DNA from: Macrostomum lignano
Taxonomy: Eukaryota
Length of the DNA stretch: 64,000 nucleotides
NCBI GenBank assembly: GCA_002269645.1
Contig: NIVC01000984.1
Coordinates: 310,001-374,000 of the forward strand
Direction: 5' to 3'
A program made the position numbers and the translations under genes. The notes beneath the pieces were generated by a model. It saw only the letters and a list, made by a program, of their open reading frames with translations. It made no database searches and was not told the origin of the DNA. Below, one piece after another: positions 38,838 through 53,777 of the stretch; within the stretch, counting starts at the first letter, position 1, and every line of letters begins with the position of its first letter.

Positions 38838-41744
38838 TTACCACTCCATGATGTCGTTCTTGCTCCACTGGTACACTCCGCCTCGCTTGCGAAACATCAC
38901 CTCGTCGAAGCCGCTGGCACAGATGGCGTTGGCGACCCCAACGTCCAGGATACTGCGGGAGGGCTCCTTGCGGCCGCGGGTGCAGTCGAGGAAGCGCATC
39001 TGCGGGATTGTTGGTTGACTAACCCGTAAACCCGTTCTAGATCGTCGAGATATTCAACGATTTTAACATATGGTTCGAAATATCATCTAATGATAGCAAA
39101 TGACGTAATAAATCCAAAATGACGTCATCAAGAAGTATAATATGATGCAATAAATAGCGAATGACGTTGTTGATTACAAATTACGTCTTCACCGGTGACG
39201 TCGCCAAATTGTCAATGACGTCATCAGCTAGCAAACCCCATTGCAAGGACCCCTCTAGAAGCAGTAGCGCACCCGCTCATCCAGTATGAGGTAGCTGTCG
39301 CGCATTTTCTCGTTACTCTCCGGCACCAGGCACTCCACGCGGCTGTGCCTGTCAAGGAAGCTGCGAAACTGTTCATCGGTGACCACAAAAGTCTCGGCGT
39401 GGCGCAGGCTGTCCTCGCCGCAGTTCTCGCCGCCGATTAGGAGGCACTGGAAGACTTTCCAGCGGCACGGGTTGAGATCCAGGATTTGATCAGCCATGTC
39501 CTCCTGCCAGTTGTGCGTGTTGACAACGGTGTTGATTTTGAAGGCCACCCGGTAGCGAGCGCACCATTCGCTGATCTGGTAAAGCTTATCAAGGTGGTGG
39601 CTCCGGGGCGCGTGGCGTCCGATGGCCCGGTTGGTGGCCTCGTCGAAGCTGTCGCAGGACACGGCTAGGATGTCCAGCCACTCGCCTGGAGAGTTTTGGT
39701 ACGGTTGGGTATTGTTGCAACTCTGTCTTAGCGTCTGTCTCAGTATTAGTCTTAGCAGCGTCTGTCTCAGTATCTGTCTTAGCAGCGTCTGTCTCAGTAT
39801 TAGTCTTAGCAGCGTCTGTCTCAGTATCTGTCTTAGCAGCGTCTGTCTCAGTATCTGTCTTAGCAGCGTCTGTCTCAGTATCTGTCTTATCGTCTGTCTC
39901 AGTATCTGTCTTATCGTCTGTCTCAGTATCTGACCTAGCGTCTGTCTCAGTATCTGACCTAGCGTCTGTCTCAGTATCTGACCTAGCGTCTGTCTCAGTA
40001 TCTGACCTAGCGTCTGTCTCAGTATCTGACCTAGCGTCTGTCTCAGTATCTGACCTAGCGTCTGTCTCAGTATCTGACCTAGCGTTTGTCTCAGTATCTG
40101 ACCTAGCGTCTGTCTGCAAGTCTTAGTGTCTGTCACAGTTTTCATCGGGGGCAGAGCAGCTCACTCACCATAGGTCTGGAACCATTCCTCGGTGATGAGG
40201 CTGCCGTTGCTGACGATGCTGACGCTTGGCAGGCCGAGAGTCTCCTTGCAGAAGCGGACCATCTCGCCAAGCAGGCGACCCCGCTGTTCGAGGAACGGCT
40301 CGCCGCCTGAGAAGTTTACCTTTTGCATGCCTGCGGGTGGTTACATAGTTTCATGCTGGGTTTATTTTTTGTGTGTAGAGTGTGCATATGCACCTTAAAT
40401 TTTAAAATTGCACCCTGAAATTGAAATTTAGGTGCGGTTTAGGTGCAGTCTCATAACTTATTTTTCTATTAAAGCCTCATTTGCACTGCCTTCAAACAAG
40501 AAAAGAGAAATTGCACTTTAAGCCTTAAAATCGCACCATGAAATTGAGCATAGGAGCATAGGGTGCGATTTTGCACATTGTCTCTGGCGAAAAAGAAAAC
40601 CCTGGTTTCATGCTTTTACTATACTACTGACAGCGTTGGTCTACGCACGGGCGCCTTGGCTGTTTAATGGGCACCGCTGCTCCCAGTCCCACAGGTGCTT
40701 CAATGGGCGGCGCTGCTTCCTGTCCCACAGGTGCTTCAATGGGTGCCGCTGCTTCCAGTCCCACAGGGTGCTGCACTGCTCCCAGTCCCACAGGTGCTTC
40801 AATGGCGCCGCTGCTCCCAGTCCCACAGGTGCTTCAATGTGGCCGCTGCTCCCAGTCTCACAGGTGCTTCAATGGGCGGCGCTGCTCCCAGTCCCACAGG
40901 TGCTTCAATGGGGCCGCTGCTCCCAGTCCCACAGGTGCTTCAATGGGTGCCGCTGCTCCCAGTCCCACAGGTGCTTCAATGGGGCCGCTGCTCCCAGTCC
41001 CACAGGTGCTTCAATGGGCGGCGCTGCTCCCAGTCCCACAGGTGCTTCAATGGGTGCCGCTGCTCCCAGTACCACAGGTGCTTCAATGGGGCCGCTGCTC
41101 CCAGTCCCACAGGTGCTTCAATGGGGCCGCTGCTCCCAGTCCCACAGGTGCTTCAATGGGGCCGCTGCTCCCAGTCCCACAGGTGCTTCAATGGGGCCGC
41201 TGCTCCCAGTCCCACAGGTGCTTCAATAGGTGCCGCTGCTCCCAGTCCCACAGGTGCTTCAATGGGTGCCGCTGCTCCCAGTCCCACAGGTGCTTCAATG
41301 GGCGCCCGTAGCCCGGTGCTTAAAATGGAGCTCACCGTCTGCAAAGTGCAAAGTAAATTAAAATACCATGGGAACAACAATCGAACCAGCCTTACCAGCC
41401 TCCTGCAGCATCCGCAGGCCTCGCTTAGCTTCCTCCAGCGGCAGAACAAACGAACTAATTGCCGTGTGAAAGCAGAAGCCACACTTATAATTGCAACGCC
41501 TGGTGAAGTGATAGTTGACGCTCACCGGCACCACAGACTCTGGCGGGGCGGAGGCGGCTCGTGGCTTCTCAGCTTCATCGTTTGTATCTCTGCCAGCGTC
41601 CAATGTACGCCTGAATATAAATCCGCGTACATTGGCAAGAGCCAGCTGACCCAGGTGACCCAGATGAGTCAGAGCGATTTTAACCAGCGTAATCAAACTC
41701 GATGGGAAGCTGCCCTCGATATTGTTAAACAAAACTATTGGCAT
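38838..41744 (-). CDS. RSAD2: Viperin (radical SAM ddhNTP synthase), complete, 361 aa
   Basis: Exons 41744-41396, 40330-40169, 39685-39273, 38999-38838 total 1086 nt, all GT-AG and in phase. Motifs: [21 protein letters not shown] (CxxxCxxC), [91 protein letters not shown]-stop. Hydrophobic N-terminal segment present. Confidence 0.97.
39720..40130. repeat. 24/27-bp minisatellite GTCTGTCTCAGTATCTGACCTAGC
   Basis: Fills viperin intron 2. Confidence 0.95.
40672..41305. repeat. 35/36-bp minisatellite GCCGCTGCTCCCAGTCCCACAGGTGCTTCAATGGG
   Basis: Viperin intron 1. Confidence 0.95.
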
Positions 41745-41818
41745 GTCTAGATAATATTAAACTGATCAATGGATATTTATATCAGAGATTTCAACAAACA
41801 CGAAAGCTGCTATGGTGG

Positions 41819-42369
41819 TGACCATCCGTCGCGTCCAGCCTCTGTGTATATATATACATTTTCAGGCGGTGGGAAGTTGAGCTTGGAATTTCCAAGAAAG
41901 CGCCACCGCAACACACATGATGAACAAGTACGCTGTGCGAGGGTCTACGGTCCGTAATTTTTTTCGGTTTCCAAAAAATCCTAAGATTTCTTGGAAATTT
42001 AGTTGCGGCGAGCGGTATCCGCTGTGCTAACCTCTCCCTCCGCTTATTTTTAACAATCTAGCGGGCCCCGACCAACCACTGACCGAGTGCATCGCGTTGC
42101 CGCTAAGTTAAGCCCTGGATTGATGGAAATCACGTGATCTTTCTTTCTCTCTGAGCTGCACTCTCTATGCTTGAATGTAGCGTAGCCCTATCCGTCATTA
42201 AGCGCACTTCACTGGTTGAAATTTCCAGGAAATAATCGGCGAGATGGGGGAACGAAAAATAAACTACGCTCGTAGATAGCATAGCACTCCTCACTCCGCG
42301 GGGGGTGGGGGGCTGGTTTGCAATGTACATTCCCTCTTGTCTCTCGGACCTGTTTTTTTCTTGGAAATT
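41819..42369 (-). promoter_or_regulatory. Putative viperin promoter: 4 STAT/GAS sites, 1 ISRE core, TATA-like box
   Basis: TTCYTGGAAATT at 41887-41898(-), 41988-41999(+), 42220-42231(-) and 42358-42369(+). GAAACCGAAA at 41962-41971(-). TATATATATA at 41847-41856, with a TCA initiator-like site near 41819. Confidence 0.6.
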
Positions 42370-42906
42370 CAGTTAATTCAGCCGGACGAGCGCTTGGCCA
42401 TAGGAGAGAGCATGAACTCGCAGCTAAATGCCAATAAGGTTACGTTTATGTACTTACTACAAGCTGTTGAAACCGCGGATTTTGAACTCGTGGAATTCCA
42501 ATCCCCAGAACTATTTTTCCTGACATTTTTAATTCTGAAATCAAATTCTAACAAAAAATTGTCAATAGTTGGATAGAGGTAAAAATGGTAACCAACCAGG
42601 TATCTGAACTCTTAACGCATGCGTGGGAAAACTCCGGCCTCTGTTCTCTACGTCCCTTGGGCCTTGGGTCCTTAAAAATTGTCTTTCCTCTCTCGCTTCT
42701 TTTCTTTTTCTCTCGTCTCGTTTCTGCTGTCTCCTCTCTCATTCTCGGTAGTGAGTTTATGATGAGTGCAAATTTGGTGTCATTTGGTTGAGCGGTTTGC
42801 GAGTCCGTAACAAGCTTAGTACACACACATACACACATACAGAGTTTTCGTTTTTATATGTACCGTATAGGAGATAGATTAGTAGTCCATATATCTAGAT
42901 ATCTAG
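42057..42906 (+). mobile_element. Possible non-autonomous Helitron-like (Lep1/DINE-type) element
   Basis: A|TCTAGCGGGCCCCG at the left and CTAG|T at 42903-42907. Core AAATTTGGTGTCATTTGGTTGAGCGGTTTG followed by a (CA)-rich microsatellite and TTTTCGTTTTTATA near the right end. Boundaries are uncertain. Confidence 0.4.
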
Positions 42907-44045
42907 TGTTCTGCACTGTACTGCATTCTGGTAAATTCGTTCATCTTAGTAGATGGTTCAAAAAACTTCAAAAAAGTTTTTAAAATAAGACAAAATAACA
43001 GTTTAATAGCTTAATGTCTGTACCTAATACCTAATGCCATCGCCATTAGTTGTGATAAGTATTTAACAGAAAAATAATTGTATTTGATGTCATATGACTA
43101 ATCACCGATACTCTCAATAGCATTGCATAGTAGATAAAAAAAAACAAGACTTGATAGCAAAACAATCCAAGCAGAGATAGAAGAAGGTATTAAACGGCTT
43201 AGTGTTGCATGGAAAGAATAATTTTTTAGGATATTAGCCGCTTGAAAACGTTACCAAGGCCAAGAAGCGTCCTAGAGTCAACTTGGGTGGCCCCAAAGTC
43301 ACTTTAGAGTCGGTACAGGTAATAAAGGTGAAATATGAAAGAAGTGACTCTACTAGACGAACGACTCTAAAGCAACGAGATGTCACGTTAAAAGTCGCCT
43401 AAGAGTCAAATTTGAGCGTTTTATTGCCCGCGACCCTGAAACGACTCTCGGGCAGTGCAAGTCACTCTAGGGCCGTAGAGTCACTGTAGAATCACCGAGT
43501 TGCAACTAAAGCGCAAGCACAATGACTCTTGAACGACTTTTCGCGACTCTTTTCACGACTCTGCAACTCACGCGATGAGCTCGTGACTCAAGAGTCGCCT
43601 CTCCGTTGCATTGCAGTCGTTCGAGTGGTTGAAAAGTTACAAGAGTCGCTAGAATCACTGGTGAGTTGTTTGCAATAAAATGGTAAAGTTTTCAAAGGGC
43701 TAAATCTTCAGGATAAAATTAAAATTAGGCATTCATTACCGAAACCTTCTGATCATTTAACAGCTCAACAAACCCAGAAGTAATGAATTGTTTGCGAGTA
43801 CCAGAAAGCCACAGTAAATAATGAACAAAAACACATACAGTTAATGAACGCAGTGAACAGTGTAACAAAGAACCAGTGCTTGTTTAGGATCTAAAAAAGA
43901 AAGCAGATCAACAGCCACTACATAGAATATCTAGTCAAGAGGACGAATGACTTAAGTTGAACAACACAGGCTTAAGTTATTTAATTAAAGTAGAGATCGC
44001 GAAATCCCGGGATCAGAAAAAAATAATCAATACCAATATACCTCG

Positions 44046-44290
44046 TACGAGGGGGTGTCAGGAAAGTTCGGTCATTTAAAAATGACCAACTCAGCTGCAA
44101 ACTTATTTGGTGTAATTTTAAAGCGATAAAGTAGATAAAAAGAGATGGTTTGTTCTTATAGAGCCATCATCAGCCTTCCAGACAGCTTTCTCAACAGTCT
44201 CTACCTGTAGCAATGCACTTCTCCCTTCACTTGAGCATCCCGTCAATCGACCATGAAAGAGACTGCGCCGAACTTTGTCCTCCATATGAA
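44046..44290 (-). mobile_element. 3' fragment of a mariner element
   Basis: Mariner-type end TACGAGGGGGTGTCAGGAAAGTT at 44046. The minus strand reads IDGMLK*REKCIATG, resembling the mariner transposase C-terminus. Confidence 0.5.
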
Positions 44291-44495
44291 TCCCTGCTCT
44301 GGCATACTTGCCAAATGTATAATTTATTACTAGCGTAGAAAGAAGAAATCTGCCGCTTTAAAATGACAGCAATGTTATGCTTGTAGTTATATTAGCCAGA
44401 TCCCGGGATCCAGGGATTTGCGATCCCTACGCGTACTTTTGAAGATGATGAATTGGAAGCCACCAGGTACCTACTGCTCAGAGCTTCCAGACCTA

Positions 44496-47813
<3,318 letters not shown>

Positions 47814-47914
47814 TTATGTGCATACTGTACTGTGTAAAATTGTCTGGCATAAGCTAGGGATCAGCGCTAGCAAACACATCTGATGCTCACCTTTACAACC
47901 TGTCAGTTGAAAAC

Positions 47915-49155
47915 TGACATCAGTTAATTTGTCAGCTACAACCTGTCATTAAATCTGTCAGCTACAACATGTCACTAAATCTGTCAGCTACAACATGTCA
48001 TCTACAACCTGTCAGTTAAAACCTGTCAGCTACAACATGTCATCTACAACCTGTCAGTTAAAACCTGTCAGCTACAACATGTCAGCTACAACCTGTCAGT
48101 CAAAACCTGTCAGCAACCTGTCAGCTACAACCTGTCAGCTACAACATGTCAGCTACAATATGTCAGCTACAACATGTCAGCTACAACCTGTCAGCTACAA
48201 CCTGTCAGCTACAACCTGTCAGCTACAACCTGTCAGCTACAACATGTCAGCTGCTACAACCTGTCAGTCAAAACCTGTCAGCAACCTGTCAGCTACAACC
48301 TGTCAGCTACAACCTGTCAGCTACAACATGTCAGCTACAACCTGTCAGCTACAACCTGTCAGCTAAAACATGTCAGCTACAATCTGTCAGCTACAAACTG
48401 TCAGCTACAACCTGTCAGCTACAACATGTCAGCTACAACATGTCAGCTACAACATGTCAGCTACAACCTGTCAGCTACAACCTGTCAGATACAACCTGTC
48501 AGCTACAACCTGTCAGCTACAATATGTCAGCTACAACCTGTCAGCTACAACCTGTCAGCTACAACCTGTCAGCTACAACCTGTCAGCTACAACCTGTCAG
48601 CTAAAACATGTCAGCTACAACATTTCAGCTACAATCTGTCAGCTACAAACTGTCAGCTACAACCTGTCAGCTACAACATGTCAGCTACAACATGTCAGCT
48701 ACAACCTGTTAGCTACAACCTGTCAGCTACATGTCAGCTACAACCTATCAGCTACAACCTGTCAGCTACAATGTCACTACAACCTGTCACTACAACCTGT
48801 CAGCTACAAACTGTCAGCTACAACCTGTCAGCTACAACATGTCAGCTACAACATGTCAGCTACAACCTGTTAGCTACAACCTGTCAGCTACAACCTGTCA
48901 GCTACATGTCAGCTACAACCTATCAGGTACAACCTGTCAGCTACAATGTCACTACAACCTGTCACTACAACCTGTCAGCTACAACCTGTCAGCTACAACC
49001 TGTCAGCTACAACCTGTCAGCTACAACATGTCAGCTACAACATGTCAGCTACAACCTGTTAGCTACAACCTGTCAGCTACAACCTGTCAGCTACATGTCA
49101 GCTACAACCTGTCAGCTACAATGTCACTACAACCTGTCAGCTACAACCTGTCACC
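47915..49155. repeat. 14-bp minisatellite TGTCAGCTACAACC
   Basis: Direct periodicity. Confidence 0.95.
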
Positions 49156-49837
49156 TGTAAAATTGTTATACACTGTGTAAACTTCATTAAGACTACTTAT
49201 TATTGTGGTAAATAACCGTACCTAATGATCAAAGAAGAAATAAAAAGCAGGACACACAAAGGCAAGCTAATCAAAGGTGCACGAAAATCTCAGGTATTTA
49301 CTTGTTGCGGCACAGGAAACTTGGATTGGACTAAAGCTACGACTGGGCACACAGTTTACTAAGCAAGGGTTTAGACTCTGGCATATAGACGAATTGATAG
49401 TAGCTTATTATGTACTATTGATTACAATAAGGGTAGTTTATTAACAAAATGAATACCCGTTTATTAAACTTCTTTCTAACGCCAGACTCTGTAAGGAAGA
49501 TGGAAAACTGCCTGTGCCACTATTGGCAAAACTACCGGTACTACACGGGTACAAATAGTGAACAAAAGCTATTTATTTTAACAGCTAGTCAGTAGTATAT
49601 ATAGTATTACTAAGATTGAAATAAATAATTTTCATTTTACAAATCTAAGAGTTAAATTCAAGAAGCCATTATATTAGCATATCCCTAATCGTCTACTTGT
49701 AAGTAGCAACAGAAGACTGACAATATTTTGCTTTTCAACTGTTTGACTAAGATTCTGTTGACACCTACTTCGGAGGCTTTGAGTTAAAAATAAGCAGGAT
49801 AAACGCCCAACACTGTATCTTGATTCTCTCTTGAGAA

Positions 49838-50440
49838 CTCCCTCAATCCCTGAATCTGCCTCTCCGCTCCTCCCTCAATCCCTGAATCTGCCTCTCCGCT
49901 CCTCCCTCAATCCCTGAATCTGCCTCTCCGCTCCTCCCTCAATCCCTGAATCTGCCTCTCCACTCCTCCCTCAATCCCTGAATCTGCCTCTCCGTTCCTC
50001 CCTCAATCCCTGAATCTGCCTCTCCACTCCTCCCTCAATCCCTGAATCTGCCTCTCCGCTCCTCCCTCAATCCCTGAATCTGCCTCTCCACTCCTCCCTC
50101 AATCCCTGAATCTGCCTCTCCACTCCTCCCTCAATCCCTGAATCTGCCTCTCCACTGCTCCCTCAATCCCTGAATCTGCCTCTCCGCTCCTCCCTCAATC
50201 CCTGAATCTGCCTCTCCGCTCCCCCCTCAATCCCTGAATCTGCCTCTCCGCTCCTCCCTCAATCCCTGAATCTGCCTCTCCGCTCCTCCATCAATTCCTG
50301 AATCTGCCTCTCCGCTCCTCCCTCAATTCCTGAATCTGCCTCTCCGCTCCTCCCTCAATTCCTGAATCTGCCTCTCCGCTCCTCCTTTAATTCCTGAATC
50401 TGCCTCTCCACTCCTCCCTCGATCCTCTCGATTCCATTCT
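49838..50440. repeat. 32-bp minisatellite CCCTCAATCCCTGAATCTGCCTCTCCGCTCCT
   Basis: Direct periodicity. Confidence 0.95.
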
Positions 50441-50590
50441 CAAATCCTCTGCCTCTCCGTTCAATCAGCTTGAATTTAAACAAAGCAAGATAAGTTAAAA
50501 TAACCCAGTTTGTTGTATTGAAAAGATGGCAAACTAACTAACAGTTGGAGTTCAGATAAGCGCAAAAATGACTCAGTAGTCAGTAGTGAG

Positions 50591-52270
50591 TCACTGATTA
50601 ACGGTTCCATTCATCTGCGGTCCCGCGGCGCTAGTTAGCAGCGTCTCATCGCGCATAGCCGACCGCTTGGAGAATCCCAGATCGTCAAACGACTCTTTGG
50701 AGCGGTAGAATTCGCCGTTTTGAAATCGTTCCCATTCCGCGGTGCCTGGCACGCTCATTCGAGTGACAGCGTTAGCCTGTGTAACAACCATGCCTACGCC
50801 GGTTTCCCAGGTGCGCGGTGCCACCTTCAAGTGCAGACAGAGGGCGTATATAGCGGCTAGGCCGGCTACTAGCTTGGGCAGGGCGAACCGGATGCCGTAG
50901 GTGGCTGACAGCGGCAGGCCGGTGCGGGTCAGCGCGCGGTCCAGAGCGTCGAATGGCGCATTCCAGATTCGTCTGAATATGTTCCTGCGCATCCAGCGCT
51001 CCACGTGTACCTGTGGCCAAGGTAAGTGCGGGTGATGCTTAGTAAATTAATTACCAATATGGAGTTCGAGAGAGATCCCGGGGCACTAATATTTAGTAGT
51101 GATTCTCTAATGGAATGATTAGCAATCAGTCAGTCTGAACGGAGTGATTCTCAAGCATGATGGAGTGATTCTCAAACTCAATGGAGTGATTCTCAAACTC
51201 GATGAAGTGATTCTCAATCTCAATGCAGTGCTGCTCAAACTGAACGGAGTGATTCTCAAACTCGATGGAGTGATTCTCAAACTCAATGGAGTGATTTTCA
51301 ACCTCAATGCAGTGATTCTCAAACTTAACGGAGTCATTCTTAAACTCAAAGCAGTGATTCTTAAAATCAACGGAGTAAAAGAGTGGCAACCCATCCAGAA
51401 GAGTGGCAACCCATCCAGAAGAGTGGCAACCCATCTAGAAGAGTGGCAACCCATCTAGAAGAGTGGCAACCCATCCAGAAGAGTGGCAACCCATCCAGAA
51501 GAGTGGCAACCCATCCAGAAGAGTGGCAACCCATCCAGAAGAGTGGCAACCCATCCAGAAGAGTAGCAACCCATCTAGAAGAGTGGCAACCCATCCAGAA
51601 GAGTGGCAACCCATCCAGAAGAGTGGCAACCCATCCAGAAGAGTAGCAACCCATCTAGAAGAGTGGCAACCCATCCAGAAGAGTGGCAACCCATCCAGAA
51701 GAGTGGCAACCCATCCAGAAGAGTGGCAACCCATCCAGAAGAGTGGCAACCCATCCAGAAGAGTGGCAACCCATCCAGAAGAGTGGCAACCCATCCAGAA
51801 GAGTAGCAACCTATCCAGAAGAGTGGCAACCTGAGTATTGAGTATTCTTAAACTCAATGCAGTGATTGTTAAACTCAATGGAGTAATTATTTTTTAATGG
51901 AGAGACTATATCTGTATGAAGTGACTAAATCCCGCTAGAGTGATTCTGAATATAAATAGCCTGATTCCATGAAAGCAACAACACAGCTAGCAAACACAGC
52001 AGTCAGTTGTATTGCACTAACCGGCTCCCGATCAGTCAGGATCTGGTCCTGCAGCCACTGCTTGCGCAGGGCCCTGTCCGCATCGGTGTAGTTGCCCGAG
52101 AGCCGCTGCCGCTCGTAGGGAAACGGCTCAATAGACATTGGCGGATACTTCGAGCCGCGCTTCAAATCGTAATCCCGCATCAGGGCCTCTCTGTACAGCT
52201 CCTTCTCCATCTTCTTGATGGCGTCCACGGAGGAGACGCTGCGCTGAGCTACCGACTTGTTGTCGGCCAT
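50591..52270 (-). CDS. NDUFB6: NADH:ubiquinone oxidoreductase subunit B6 (B17), invertebrate long form, about 222 aa
   Basis: Exons 52270-52022 and 51010-50591 (CCG|gttagt...cacag|GTA). PMSIEPFPYERQRL..DRALRKQWLQDQILTDREPV, NIFRRIWNAPFD, one TM helix (LVAGLAAIYALCLHLK), C-terminal FDDLGF. Matches the invertebrate ND-B17 pattern (RERERL..RAWRKQWLKDQEL). Confidence 0.85.
51130..51900. repeat. 21-bp GTGATTCTCAAACTCAATGGA array interrupted by a 20-bp GAGTGGCAACCCATCCAGAA array (about 51380-51832)
   Basis: NDUFB6 intron. The older array resumes after the younger one. Confidence 0.92.
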
Positions 52271-52419
52271 TTTTTAGCTGAGAATGACAATTTCAGTAGA
52301 GTTGTGGTATGAGCACAGTTCAAACGGGACAGTTGCTATGTGTAATCTGTATTCATTTTTATTTATTGACAATAAGCTAAAACTTTTTGAATAACGAATC
52401 TGGCCGTCAATAAATCTAA

Positions 52420-53085
52420 GGATTAATGCCAGTTATCTGATAGATTGGGGGAGTAATGCCAGTTATCTGATAGATTGGGGGAGTAATGCCAGTTATCTGA
52501 TAGATTGGGGGAGTAATGCCAGTTATCTGATAGATTGGAAGAGCAATGGCAGTTATCTGATAGATTGGAAGAGTAATGCCAGTTATCTGATAGATTGGAA
52601 GAGCAATGGCAGTTATCTGATAGATTGGGGGAGTAATGCCAGTTATCTGATAGATTGGGGGAGTAATGCCAGTTATCTGATAGATTGGGGGAGTAATGCC
52701 AGTTATCTGATAGATTGGGGGAGTAATGCCAGTTATCTGATAGATTGGGGGAGTAATGCCAGTTATCTGATAGATTGGAAGAGCAATGGCAGTTATCTGA
52801 TAGATTGGAAGAGTAATGCCAGTTATCTGATAGATTGGAAGAGCAATGCCAGTTATCTGATAGATTGGAAGAGCAATGGCAGTTATCTGATGGATTGAGG
52901 GAGTAATGGCAGTTATCTAATTGATTGGGGGAGAAATACCAGTTATCTGATAGACTGGGGAGTAATGGCAGTTATCTGATGGATTGAGGGAGCAATGGCA
53001 GTTATCTGATAGATTGAGGGAGTAATGCCAGTTATCTGATGGATTGAGGGAGCAATGGCAGTTATCTGATGGATTGGGGGAGAAA
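52420..53085. repeat. 30-bp minisatellite GAGTAATGCCAGTTATCTGATAGATTGGGG
   Basis: Direct periodicity. Confidence 0.95.
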
Positions 53086-53777
53086 TGGCGTCTATAAGAT
53101 TCATAAGCTACTATTAGTAGCAGACAATTGCGAAGAAGCAAGCAGACACAAAATGAACAAAGGCAAAAATTAATCAGTAAAGAATCACCAGTTGGAGTAA
53201 TGATCAGTTAGGTCTGGGATTAAGTAGCTATTTATAGTATAATTAAAATTGAACTATAAAATTTGCAGACACAGTAAACTAGCTCGTATTTAAGCTTAAC
53301 GGTGCACAAACAAATTACATAATATAATGGAAGCGCAATTCAATTCAAACAGTCATGAGCTTAGGAATCAGCGATTTTCAATATTAAAAATGATGGGCCA
53401 TAAATAAGGTTTAGTGATTGGTTTTCTATTAAGTAGCAACTGGGTTAGAAATAGATTGATAAAACATAAGGATCTGTTCAGATTAATTAGCACAAAAGTT
53501 GGCCGCAACTTTGTGACACCTGTAGCTACCGATATGTTATAGATCGGAGAATGAGATTGAGCACCAGGCTCTTTCGAATATGCGTTATAAAAATTAGCAC
53601 CCGAGTATGCAATAAACAATCAAAAGGGCATACAGCCAATTTCTGAATAAATATAAATAATTAGCATTACAAAGTCTCCGTCGGGGGTGAATGGAATATC
53701 TATGAATGGCATATATCAATACATGTAAATAGAATTGTTCTAAACCTTCATTTGATATGGAACTTTGCAGAGGTGTG

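Noticed and set aside
41885-41893. NF-kB-like GGAAATTCC upstream of viperin
   Set aside because: It lacks the 5' GGG and is fully explained by overlap with the repeated TTCYTGGAAATT STAT motif.
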